Source: an uncultured delta proteobacterium | GTDB taxonomy: Bacteria; Desulfobacterota; Desulfobacteria; Desulfobacterales; JAFDCJ01 | DNA: 64,000 nt | Reading direction: 5' to 3' | Assembly: GCA_963769935.1 (NCBI GenBank) | Contig: CAVYNY010000010.1 | Coordinates: 288,001 to 352,000 of the forward strand | In this document: one piece after another, positions 42,187-52,000 of the stretch | Layout of the letters: every line of letters begins with the position of its first letter | Numbering within the stretch: the stretch's first letter is position 1 | Position numbers and translations under genes: made by a program | Notes under the pieces: model-generated | Told to the model about the DNA's origin: nothing | Databases searched by the model: none | The model's input: only the letters and a program-made list of their open reading frames with translations

Positions 42187-43437
42187 ATGAATTCAAGCAA
42201 AAAAAAATTCCGGCTGGTTTTCATATTGGCATTAAGTACAGCGGCGGCACTCATCGGCGCCTGTTTTTTGAGTCTTGATGTTCTGAGCGTCTCTTTGCCC
42301 TCACACAAGATCCCCCAGGACGCGAAAGCCAATTTCGCTTTAATGGCGGAAGCCTGGAATGCAATCCATGACCACTATGTAGACCGGGCATCCATCAAAC
42401 CCGTCCCCCTGACTTACGGTGCCATCAGCGGGATGGTGGACGCTCTCGGCGACACGGGTCACAGCGCGTTTCTCTCCCCGGATATGATCAAAGAGGAAGA
42501 GGAGTTTACAGCCGGCACGTACGAAGGGATCGGTGCCGAGGTGAAGATGAAGGAAGACCACGTGGTCATCGTGACCCCCCTGGACGGTTCTCCGGCGCAG
42601 AAGGCGGGGCTTCAGCCGGGGCAGATTATCCTGGCCGTCAACGGGCAGGACATCATGGGTCTTAATCTCTTCCAGGTCGTGAAACGGATCTCCGGGCCCG
42701 CCGGCAGCCGGGTCAGCCTGCGAATATTCGATTCGAAAACCGGTTTGACGCGGGAAGTGTCCCTGGTGAGAGCCGCCATTGTCATGAACAACGTGACTTG
42801 GCGCCGACTGCCCGCTTCAAGGGTCGCCCATCTGCGGATTGCGGGCTTCAGCGAAGGGGTCACCAGGGACTTGAAGAAGGCTCTGGGTGCGATCATGGCG
42901 CAGGACCTCAAGGGGCTCATACTGGATCTGCGGAACAATCCGGGAGGCCTGCTCAGCGAAGCCGTTTCAACGGCGAGCCAGTTTATTTCAGGAGGCAATG
43001 TGCTCCTGGAAAAAAACGCCAAGGGCCAAATCACATCCATCGCGGTGGAAAAGGGTGGTGCAGCCCTGTCCATCCCCATGGTGGTCCTGGTGAACAACGG
43101 CACTGCCAGTGCCGCAGAGATCGTATCGGGCGCCCTTCAGGACCGGGGCCGGGCAAGGCTGGTGGGGGCTACCACCTTCGGTACCGGCACGGTTCTGCAG
43201 CAGTTTCCCCTCTCCGATGGCTCAGCCCTATTGTTGGCGGTTCAGGAGTGGTTGACGCCAAATGGAAACGAGATTTGGCACAAAGGAATCACCCCTAATT
43301 TTGTCGTTTCACTCCCGGAAGGCGCTTCGCCCGTGTTTCCGGAAGAGGAACAGGGCATGACGCTGGAGCAGCTGAAGGAAAACAGAGACACTCAGCTGCA
43401 GAAAGCCCTTACCCTGATTGCCGATCAGATAGGATAG
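42187..43437 (+). CDS. S41 C-terminal processing peptidase (CtpA-like, PDZ) with non-canonical catalytic motif
   Basis: GIG PDZ motif, DLRNNPGG, TASAAE, GITP; TFGTGTVL where TFGKGxVQ is usual. Confidence 0.88.
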   Translation: MNSSKKKFRLVFILALSTAAALIGACFLSLDVLSVSLPSHKIPQDAKANFALMAEAWNAIHDHYVDRASIKPVPLTYGAISGMVDALGDTGHSAFLSPDMIKEEEEFTAGTYEGIGAEVKMKEDHVVIVTPLDGSPAQKAGLQPGQIILAVNGQDIMGLNLFQVVKRISGPAGSRVSLRIFDSKTGLTREVSLVRAAIVMNNVTWRRLPASRVAHLRIAGFSEGVTRDLKKALGAIMAQDLKGLILDLRNNPGGLLSEAVSTASQFISGGNVLLEKNAKGQITSIAVEKGGAALSIPMVVLVNNGTASAAEIVSGALQDRGRARLVGATTFGTGTVLQQFPLSDGSALLLAVQEWLTPNGNEIWHKGITPNFVVSLPEGASPVFPEEEQGMTLEQLKENRDTQLQKALTLIADQIG

Positions 43438-43495
43438 CGGTCTTATCAATACCCTGCTGATTTTACACAGCAGTGGGTTGCCAGGGGTTTAAACG

Positions 43496-45037
43496 ATGTC
43501 GAAAAAAATTTGCCTCATCACTCTTTTTTTCTTTTTTCTGGTGAGCACGGCCGCACCCCAGACGCCGGTGAAGGACCCGGCTTCGGAGGCAAAGGAAGAA
43601 ACGGCGGCCGCCGAGAAGCTTTCCATAACGCATCACTCCCTGCTCATCAACGACCGGGCCTTTGATTATACAGCCACCGCAGGCAGGCTGCCGGTAGTCG
43701 ACAAATCGGGCAAGCATGAGGCCGACATTTTCTTCATCGCCTATACAAAGGAACAGGTGCAGGACTTCGCCCTGCGGCCCATCGCTTTCGCCTTTAACGG
43801 CGGACCGGGAGCCGCCTCGGTCTGGCTCAATCTGGGGGCCTTCGGGCCCAAGCGGGTTGAACTCCCGGAAGAACAGCAGCCGTCAGCCCCTCCCTATAAA
43901 ATCGTAGATAACTCCTACGGCCTGCTTGATCTCATGGACCTTGTCTTTATCGACCCGGTGGGCACAGGCTTCAGCCGTCCGGCTGCCGGAATAGAAGCCT
44001 CCGTCTTCTACGGCATAGACAAAGACGTCGGCTCCATCAGCGAATTTATCCGCGCTTACGTATCCCGTTTTGAGCGCTGGGAGTCTCCCAAGTTTCTTAT
44101 CGGTGAGAGTTACGGCGGGTTAAGGGCTGTTCTGCTGGCCGGCCGTCTGCATGACAATTACGGCATGGATTGCAATGGGCTGATTCTTTTATCCCCAGCG
44201 CTTCAATACCAGAACTTCGTGTTCGGCTCCGGAAATTTCCTGCCCTATGCACTTTTCCTGCCTGCTTACACGGCGGCCGCATTTCATCATAAAAAGCTTG
44301 CGCTGCCCTTGCTGTCGGACCTCAAACAGACGCTGGCCCAGGTCGAGGCCTGGAGCATGAGCGAGTACCTCCTGGCGCTGAGCAGAGGGGATGCCCTCAC
44401 TCCGGAGAGGCGCAAGGTGGTTGTGGATAAACTTTCGGCTTACACGGGCATTTCTGAAGATTACATCGAGCGCAAGAAACTGAGAATCACAAACCGGGAG
44501 TTCAGCCGGGAGTTGCTCCGCTCCCGGAGCCTGGTTGTCGGCATCCTGGACAGCCGTCTGACAGCCATGGCCGAATCGATGGGAAGCTTTCTTGATGAAC
44601 CGGACATGGTGCTGACCATCGGACCTTATGTGGGCGTCTTGAACAATCACCTCCGGCGGGACCTTAATTATAAGACCGACCTGCCCTACCGGTTTTTTTT
44701 TGCAAAGGCCAATTCCTCGTGGGATTACGGTTCTGCACAGCTTGGATACCCATCCGTGACGGATCCCCTGGCAGCCCTCATCTCCAAATTCAAATATTTC
44801 AAGGTTTTTATCGCCAGGGGGTATTACGACCTGGACATCGGCTATTTTGCCACTCCCTACGTAATCAACCACCTGGGACTGCCGCCGGAACTCAGAGCAA
44901 ATATCATCCTCCGCTTTTACGACGCCGGCCACCAAATCTATGTTCATCTGCCGTCTCTCAAACGGCTCAAGGAAGACGTGACGGATTTTATCAAAAAATC
45001 AAGGGATAGCGATGAGAGAAGCAACCCGGGGAAATAA
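43496..45037 (+). CDS. S10 serine carboxypeptidase, exported
   Basis: Signal peptide; FNGGPG, DPVGTGFS, GESYGG, YYDL, AGHQIY. Confidence 0.9.
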   Translation: MSKKICLITLFFFFLVSTAAPQTPVKDPASEAKEETAAAEKLSITHHSLLINDRAFDYTATAGRLPVVDKSGKHEADIFFIAYTKEQVQDFALRPIAFAFNGGPGAASVWLNLGAFGPKRVELPEEQQPSAPPYKIVDNSYGLLDLMDLVFIDPVGTGFSRPAAGIEASVFYGIDKDVGSISEFIRAYVSRFERWESPKFLIGESYGGLRAVLLAGRLHDNYGMDCNGLILLSPALQYQNFVFGSGNFLPYALFLPAYTAAAFHHKKLALPLLSDLKQTLAQVEAWSMSEYLLALSRGDALTPERRKVVVDKLSAYTGISEDYIERKKLRITNREFSRELLRSRSLVVGILDSRLTAMAESMGSFLDEPDMVLTIGPYVGVLNNHLRRDLNYKTDLPYRFFFAKANSSWDYGSAQLGYPSVTDPLAALISKFKYFKVFIARGYYDLDIGYFATPYVINHLGLPPELRANIILRFYDAGHQIYVHLPSLKRLKEDVTDFIKKSRDSDERSNPGK

Positions 45038-45105
45038 GTCTCATTATTTTCATATTGCCGATTTGAAATAAAAGCGGATTAATCAAGAATTAAGACGGGG
45101 AGGGG

Positions 45106-45852
45106 ATGCGTAATTTTTTCAAACAGTTTTCGTTTCCCGGCGGCCTCGGCAGCCACTGCACCCCTGAGACGCCCGGCTCGATTCATAAAGGCGGCGAACT
45201 GGGCTACAGCCTCTCCCATGCTTTCGGAGCGGCCTTCGACCGTCCTGATCTGATCGTCGCGGTGATGGTGGGCGACGGCGAGGCCGAGACCGGCCCCCTG
45301 GCAACAGCCTGGCATGCCGTACTTTCGCAGCTATGCCGTGGAGGTGACTCAGCCCGGGACAACGGCTGGAAAAATGTCGGGAAATTCCCTGGCGGCGACC
45401 GCCCTTCTCCGGGAAAACTTTCCGGAACTCAAGATCCGTTTTGTCAATGTCGTCGACCTGTTCAAGCTCGAGCCGCAGACCGAACATCTGCACGGACTTT
45501 CAGACCCGGACTTCAACAGCCTGTTCACCGTGGACAAGCCGATCATTTTCAATTTTCACGGCTACGCCTGGCTGATCCACAAGCTGCCTACCGCCGCGCC
45601 AACCACCAAAATCTGCATGTGCGCGGTTACAAGGAATACGGCAACATCAATACACCGCTGGAGCTGGCCATCGGCAACCAGATCGATCGTTTCAACCTGG
45701 CGATCGATGTCATTGACCGGGTTCCCAAGCTCCGCGCTACCGGGGCCCATGTCAAAGAGTGGCTCAAGAATCAGATTATCGACAATACCAACCATGCCCC
45801 CGAGTTCGGGATCGACCGGCCCGAGTTCACCAACTGGAAGTGGCCGTATTAG
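45106..45852 (+). pseudogene. xfp: Phosphoketolase pseudogene with multiple deletions
   Basis: Three non-contiguous Xfp segments: [37 protein letters not shown] | [11 protein letters not shown] | [24 protein letters not shown]. Confidence 0.88.
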
Positions 45853-45876
45853 ATCGGCAAAAAAAAGGAGCACCGT

Positions 45877-48399
45877 ATGACCATTTCAGCATATTTTCTC
45901 ATTCCTCCGCTGCCTGAAGGACTTAAAGGTTTGGCCGAGGTGGGGCTGGACCTGCGCTGGTCCTGGAGCCATGCAACCGATCCCCTCTGGGAACGAATCG
46001 ACCCCGAACTCTGGAACCTGACCCGCAATCCCTGGCTTATTCTTCAGTCGGTTTCTTCCGCCCGGCTCGAAGACCTGGCCCGGGATACAGATTTCAGAAC
46101 ACAGGTACACGAGCATGTAAAAACGCATCGCAAGAATCTGGAAGAACCCAGCTGGTTCTCGGAGACCCACGCCGCCGCATCATTGACCGTCGCGTACTTC
46201 AGCATGGAGTTCGGGCTGAGCGAGGCTTTGCCGATTTACTCCGGAGGACTCGGAATCCTGGCGGGCGACTATCTCAAAACCGCCAGTGATCTTGGTGTGC
46301 CCGTCGTGGGCATCGGTCTTCTCTATCAACAGGGATACTTTCGCCAGGTAATCGATGCCGGCGGTACTCAGGTGGAGTTTTACCCTTACAATGATCCCAG
46401 CCAGCTGCCGGTGCTGCCGGTGCGTGACGTGCAGGGAGAATGGCTGCGCATGGAGTTGGACTTTCCCGGTCGGCCGGTGCGCTTGCGGGTGTGGGAGGCC
46501 AAAGTCGGTCGCGTAACGCTCTACCTTCTTGACAGCAACGATCCTGCCAACAGTCCCGCCGACCAGTGTATTACCGCCGAACTATACGGCGGCGGGCCGG
46601 AGCTGCGTTTGCAACAGGAGATCGTGCTCGGTATCGGCGGATGGCAACTTTTGCGTCGACTGGGAATCGACGCGCATATCTGCCACCTCAACGAAGGCCA
46701 CGCCGCGCTGGCCGTCGCTGAAAGGGCGCGATCATTTATGGAGGAAAGCGGTCAATCCTTTGAAGTATCGCTGGCAGCCACCCGAGCCGGCAATATCTTC
46801 ACCACCCATACACCGGTGGAAGCCGGCTTTGACCGCTTTTACCCGCCGCTGGTGAACCAGTACCTGGGGGCCTATGCCGGGAAGCTGGGCATCGGACTCG
46901 ACGGGCTCCTTTCCCTCGGGCGCCGGGATCCGGGCAATGCAACCGAACCGCTCAACATGGCCTACCTTGCCGTCCGAGGTTCGGGCAGGGTCAATGGTGT
47001 CAGTCGGCTTCACGGGGAGGTCAGCCGGCGCATTTTTCAAGATCTCTTTCCGCGTTGGCCGCTGTCGGAGGTTCCGGTCACCCATGTTACCAACGGAATT
47101 CACGTGCCTTCCTGGGATTCAGCCGCTGCGGATGGGCTTTGGCATGAAGCCTGCGGCAAAAACCGCTGGCTGGGAACCATGAGCACCCTCGAAGCCGACC
47201 TCAAGCTGGTGCCGGATGCGGTGCTCTGGAACTTTCGCAACGAGGGCTGCCGGCAGCTCATTCAGTATGCGCGCAGCCGGCTTGCCCGGCAGCTGGAGGC
47301 GGCAGGCGCTGCCCGACAAGAGATTGCGGAGGCCGGCCAAGCATTGGATCCCGACGCTTTCACCATGGGGTTTGCGCGTCGGTTTGCCGCCTATAAGCGA
47401 CCCAATCTCCTGCTGCATGATCCGGATCGATTGACAGGCATGCTTCAAAAATCCGACCGACCGGTTCAGCTTATCATCGCCGGAAAAGCACACCCGAAAG
47501 ACGAGCCCGGAAAGGCACTGGTGCGGGCCTGGTCGGATTTTATCCGCCGCTCGCAGCTTCAATCGAGGATTATTTTTCTGGCGGATTACGATATGTCTTT
47601 GGCAGAACGCCTCGTGCAAGGTGTGGATCTTTGGATCAACACACCGCGGCGGCCATGGGAGGCCAGCGGTACCAGCGGCATGAAGGTTCTGGTCAACGGC
47701 GGACTGAACCTCTCGGAACTGGACGGCTGGTGGGCTGAAGCGTACCGTCCGGAGGTGGGCTGGGCACTCGGAGACGGTCGGGAGCATGGTGACGACCCGG
47801 CCTGGGATGCGCAAGAAGCCGAACAACTCTATCGGCTGCTGGAGGATGAAGTGATTCCCGCCTTCTATGATCGAGATTCCAAAGGCATTCCCACGACCTG
47901 GACCCACCGCATGCGGCTGAGCATGGCCGAACTCACGCCGCAGTTCAGCACCAACCGGATGGTGCGGGAATATGTCGAGAAGCTATATTTGCCGGCGGCT
48001 TTGGCCTACCGCGAGCGCAGCGCCGATGGGGCCCGCAGATCCGTGGCGCTTTGCCGGTGGCGCAAGTTGCTGGAAGCCCACTGGCAGCAGCTTTCCTTTG
48101 GGAGCCTCGAGTTTGGGGAGCAGGATGGGCACTATACCTTTAAATTGCCGGTCTATTACGAAGGTTTTGATCCGGAAGACATTCAGGTTCAGCTTTATGC
48201 CGAACCCCGCAACGGCAGCAACGTCGAAATTCATCCCATGGTTCGCGGCGAGCAAATCTTGATGCCGGAGCCAGGCGGCTTTTTCAGCGCCCGCATCCCG
48301 GCGCAACGGCCGGCCGGCGACTATACGCCGCGGGTTATTCCGGCCTTTGAGGGAGCCGATGTGCCGATTGAGAACGACCTGATACTGTGGTACCGATGA
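45877..48399 (+). CDS. glgP: Alpha-glucan (glycogen/starch) phosphorylase
   Basis: [39 protein letters not shown]. Confidence 0.95.
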   Translation: MTISAYFLIPPLPEGLKGLAEVGLDLRWSWSHATDPLWERIDPELWNLTRNPWLILQSVSSARLEDLARDTDFRTQVHEHVKTHRKNLEEPSWFSETHAAASLTVAYFSMEFGLSEALPIYSGGLGILAGDYLKTASDLGVPVVGIGLLYQQGYFRQVIDAGGTQVEFYPYNDPSQLPVLPVRDVQGEWLRMELDFPGRPVRLRVWEAKVGRVTLYLLDSNDPANSPADQCITAELYGGGPELRLQQEIVLGIGGWQLLRRLGIDAHICHLNEGHAALAVAERARSFMEESGQSFEVSLAATRAGNIFTTHTPVEAGFDRFYPPLVNQYLGAYAGKLGIGLDGLLSLGRRDPGNATEPLNMAYLAVRGSGRVNGVSRLHGEVSRRIFQDLFPRWPLSEVPVTHVTNGIHVPSWDSAAADGLWHEACGKNRWLGTMSTLEADLKLVPDAVLWNFRNEGCRQLIQYARSRLARQLEAAGAARQEIAEAGQALDPDAFTMGFARRFAAYKRPNLLLHDPDRLTGMLQKSDRPVQLIIAGKAHPKDEPGKALVRAWSDFIRRSQLQSRIIFLADYDMSLAERLVQGVDLWINTPRRPWEASGTSGMKVLVNGGLNLSELDGWWAEAYRPEVGWALGDGREHGDDPAWDAQEAEQLYRLLEDEVIPAFYDRDSKGIPTTWTHRMRLSMAELTPQFSTNRMVREYVEKLYLPAALAYRERSADGARRSVALCRWRKLLEAHWQQLSFGSLEFGEQDGHYTFKLPVYYEGFDPEDIQVQLYAEPRNGSNVEIHPMVRGEQILMPEPGGFFSARIPAQRPAGDYTPRVIPAFEGADVPIENDLILWYR

Positions 48400-48416
48400 A
48401 AAGGCGAGGATAGACC

Positions 48417-48920
48417 ATGGAAAATAAAATGGGAACACTAATAAAACCAGTGATATGTAGGATCGTGTCATTTACGCTGTTTTTAGGCGCAATTGCCGTA
48501 TTTTCAGGTTGCAGCGGCATGTACGGCAGCTACAAGCGGAACGCTGAAATTTATCAGGCCTTTCAAGTCAACCAGGTGAATAGGAATTATACTTATTATT
48601 ACAACGGCGTCGGTAATCAGGTTTATGCCATCATCGGAATCGAACCCAAGTATCAGATTCACTCCAAATTTTGGCGCGAATCCAAGCCGGACACTGCTGA
48701 ATTCAAGAAACTAACGAACCGGATCTGGGAGGACTACGGGTATCGAACCTACGGGGCTGACCTCCTGGACCCGGCGGGAAAAAAAATAGGAATCGTGTAC
48801 ACCAGCATTTATGAGGTCGTCGTTAAATTTCTTGGGGATAATCAATTAGAGGTGATGCTGGGTACACCTTACCTCTGGGGTCCCGGAGATGGAGGCGGCG
48901 GTTTTCAAACAACTCATTAA
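48417..48920 (+). CDS. Hypothetical lipoprotein
   Basis: Hydrophobic segment ending in lipobox-like FSGC; GAGG RBS. Confidence 0.7.
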   Translation: MENKMGTLIKPVICRIVSFTLFLGAIAVFSGCSGMYGSYKRNAEIYQAFQVNQVNRNYTYYYNGVGNQVYAIIGIEPKYQIHSKFWRESKPDTAEFKKLTNRIWEDYGYRTYGADLLDPAGKKIGIVYTSIYEVVVKFLGDNQLEVMLGTPYLWGPGDGGGGFQTTH

Positions 48921-48940
48921 AATCAAGTCGGTAAATCGAG

Positions 48941-51055
48941 ATGGCATCATTAAATTGGGCTGTTCTTTGGGCTGAATGGTTCTGGCCGATTTTGCTGTTC
49001 CTGGTTGGATTGGGGTTGGTCATTTTCGTTCACGAACTCGGTCATTTCACCGTTGCCAAAGCCGTCGGAATCCGGGTCGATCAATTCGCCCTCGGCTTCG
49101 GGCCACGGTTGTTCGGCTTCAAGCGGGGGGAGACCGACTATCGGGTCAACATCGTGCCAATGGGCGGATATGTCAAAATGGCCGGCCAGGAGGACTTCGG
49201 CCCTGCCCGGGAGCAGGATGAGCACGACCCACGAGCCTTCAGCAATAAACCGATCAGTGCGCGCTTAGCGGTTATCTCCGCCGGCGTGGTCATGAATGCC
49301 CTGCTGGCCGCGGCCCTCTTCGTTGTCGTCTGCCTGGCAGGCATTCGTTTTCCGGCGCCGATTGTCGGCGGAACGCTGCTCGGATCACCAGCGCAGGATG
49401 CAAGAATTCACTGGAGGGGCATGGATCATGAAGGTGCGAATTCCTCGGGTCCAGGACCTCGACAAATGGCCTCGCTCCAGGACATTTCAGTAGGGTTGAA
49501 GCCCGGCGACAGAATTCTCAGGGTGGACGGCAAGCGCATTACCCAATTTGCCCAGCTCGCAGCCATCTCCGTTCTGGCTGAGCCCAACCAGAACTTCAGA
49601 ATGATTATTGAGCGGGAGGGAGAGGAGGGCTTTCAAAGAGGCGACACGAAAATCGGCGTCATGCCCCTGGGAGGGCATCTGGGGTTCGGCCTTATGCCGG
49701 CGATGAGCACCACCTTCGGCTCTCTGGAGGACTACATCACGGATGATCCCTTTAAGGCCGGCGACCGGCTCCTGGCAGTCAATGGGCAGAGAATCCGTCA
49801 CCACTGGGATATCCTGTCGGTGGAGGCGGGTCTTAACGGACAGGCAGCGACAATCACGATTCTGCGGGAACAAAAAGAGATCAATCTCAGGCTTCAGCCG
49901 GCGTTTCGCATCAAAGACGGCGTGTTTTTCCTGAAAGAGGGTGCCCGGGTGTCCGGCCGGATCGTGGCTTACAAGGGTGCGGAGGGTGTGATCGTTGTGA
50001 GACTGCCGAGCGGTGAGGAAAAGCGCGTGCTTCTCAGCGATGCGGTTTGGCCTGCCAGGGATGAAATTCTGGATATACTGGGGCTTGTGCCTCGATTGAA
50101 GATTTCCGGAGTGATTAAAGGATCGCCTGCGTTTCAGGCCGGACTAAAACCCGGCGACATCATTGAAAAATATGCCGGCAGGCCCTTGCCCACCATGCGG
50201 GCGTTTCTCGATATCAACCGCAAGATCGCCGAGGGGGCTGCGACAATCGTCGTCGAGCGCAATGGCCGGCGTCTCGCGCCCATCGAGATTCACCCTATCA
50301 AACATCAGGGTCGCACCGTCGTTGGCATCGCTGTGGGCATCGACCAGATGAATCCCGTCGTGGCTAATGTGCGCACCGGTTCTCCCGCTGCAATGGCGGG
50401 AATGGCCGGCGGCGATATCTTCACCAGGGTGAACGGGGGGAAAGTCGGCAACTGGATTGAATTGTTCACCGCTTTGAAGGCCCTGCAAGGTCAGGATGTT
50501 TCCATTTCGTTCGAACACAACGGCCCGGCCGAGAAAAAAGGACGGATCGGCGGACTCACCCCTTCCGTTTTCGACCCGCAGGACTACCGCTTTGTTCTTT
50601 TTCCCGGACCCCGGGGATTCACCATTCTCATGGGCAGAGAAGTGAAAAAGAACCCCGTAGCGGCAGTCCTTTGGGGCTTCCGTGAAACATGGGACTTCAT
50701 TGCCATGACCTATGCCACGCTTGCGGGCAGCTTCAGAGGGACGGTATCTTACAAAGAGTTCAGCGGACCGGTGGGCATCGGAAGTATGGCCATTCAAGCG
50801 GGACGCGCAGGGGTAACCGATTTCATCTATTTCATGGCCATCGTCTCCGTATCCCTGGCGGTGTTAAATTTCTTGCCCCTGCCCGTGGTTGACGGGGGTT
50901 ACGTTGTATTCCTGCTCATCGAAAAGATCCGGGGCAAGCCGCTTCCCTTCAAAGTCCAAAACACCATCGTCATGGTGGGATGGGCGCTTTTGATCTCCTT
51001 TTTCGTTTTACTGACTTGGAACGATATCATGCGAATCTTAAGCGGCCTTTGGTGA
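48941..51055 (+). CDS. rseP: RseP/site-2 (M50) intramembrane metalloprotease with about four PDZ-like repeats
   Basis: HELGH, GGYVKM, NFLPLPVVDGG; four GD-x-(I/L/F) PDZ-type signatures; 704 aa. Confidence 0.9.
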   Translation: MASLNWAVLWAEWFWPILLFLVGLGLVIFVHELGHFTVAKAVGIRVDQFALGFGPRLFGFKRGETDYRVNIVPMGGYVKMAGQEDFGPAREQDEHDPRAFSNKPISARLAVISAGVVMNALLAAALFVVVCLAGIRFPAPIVGGTLLGSPAQDARIHWRGMDHEGANSSGPGPRQMASLQDISVGLKPGDRILRVDGKRITQFAQLAAISVLAEPNQNFRMIIEREGEEGFQRGDTKIGVMPLGGHLGFGLMPAMSTTFGSLEDYITDDPFKAGDRLLAVNGQRIRHHWDILSVEAGLNGQAATITILREQKEINLRLQPAFRIKDGVFFLKEGARVSGRIVAYKGAEGVIVVRLPSGEEKRVLLSDAVWPARDEILDILGLVPRLKISGVIKGSPAFQAGLKPGDIIEKYAGRPLPTMRAFLDINRKIAEGAATIVVERNGRRLAPIEIHPIKHQGRTVVGIAVGIDQMNPVVANVRTGSPAAMAGMAGGDIFTRVNGGKVGNWIELFTALKALQGQDVSISFEHNGPAEKKGRIGGLTPSVFDPQDYRFVLFPGPRGFTILMGREVKKNPVAAVLWGFRETWDFIAMTYATLAGSFRGTVSYKEFSGPVGIGSMAIQAGRAGVTDFIYFMAIVSVSLAVLNFLPLPVVDGGYVVFLLIEKIRGKPLPFKVQNTIVMVGWALLISFFVLLTWNDIMRILSGLW

Positions 51056-51074
51056 TATTTTTCAACATGGGGCA

Positions 51075-51180
51075 ACCGGCAGCAGCGGAAGCGAAAAAAA
51101 AGATGACCGTCCATAGGGCGGTCTGGCTGGCCGGCCGCCGAAAGATCACCCTGGGTGAAGAGATATCCGGTGAGAAGCAG
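51075..51180 (-). pseudogene. Short MFS transporter remnant
   Basis: Reads LLLTGYLFTQGDLSAAGQ-TALWTVIFFFASAAAG if a duplicated CCAG is removed; recalled resemblance to MFS transporters. Confidence 0.35.
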
Positions 51181-51225
51181 AAATGGAATCCTTCAAATCA
51201 TGACTTGAGATGTTTACTCAGGAAA

Positions 51226-51600
51226 TCAAAGGTTCTTTGCCAGGATCGACAGAACACCCCCCATGCAAAAGCCGATTACCCCCGTCTGGCGCGCTTTGGA
51301 TTTAAGGTGCCGGACCGCACCTCGTATGTCCTGGCTCGCCGCGTCCCTGAAGTCCAAATCGCCCATGAGGTGCTCTGCCTCGGCCGCCTCCAAAGTGACC
51401 TTGCCCCTGTAAAGGTCGGGCACCAGGATCCGGTAGCCGGCCTCAGTTAGGCGCCGCGCGACCCCCTTGATCTGTTCATTGAGCCCCCATCACTCCTGGA
51501 TAACGACCATACCCGGAGCGTCTTCTCCAGAGCTGGTCGCCGCATAGTAGCCGGTGCAATCTTGTCCATCCGGCCGCTTGAAAGTGACTGTTTTGCCCAT
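51226..51600 (-). pseudogene. Dienelactone hydrolase pseudogene (nonsense codon and truncation)
   Basis: MGKTVTF...VVIQE*WGLN (TGA at a Trp position, 51490-51492)...PDLY...GFCMGG, then an early stop. Confidence 0.85.
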
Positions 51601-52000
51601 GGGTCTATTCCTTTTCTTTTTAATTGACAGGCAATGCGAAATACTTTAAATTCATGCTCAAAAAGACATTTCTTGTCCCACACATCATTCACATGAATTT
51701 ATTTTTGTTCAAAGCTGCATCGGGCGGGCCCTATTCCTTGAAATGTGCGAACAGTCCCATCGTAAATTCGTGAACTGCACACTCAAATTTCCTGCTGCAC
51801 CGTCGTAATTATTCCGCTCCGAAAAATATGCACAGCAATAAGTAATCGGTCCGCCGAACCTTTTATTTAAAAACTTTCCTCAGTTGTAAAAGGGCAAATT
51901 ACACCCCTGAACCAGCTAATTTCCAGGGCGAAATAATCAGGTGGCCTTTCATGTCAAAAAACACCGCCCCAACCAAGTCAGGCGATTGCAGGAGGATGTC

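Noticed and set aside
51490..51492. In-frame TGA as possible selenocysteine or recoding
   Set aside because: It aligns to Trp of the QEWWG motif, not Cys, and the gene is also truncated; a simple nonsense change.
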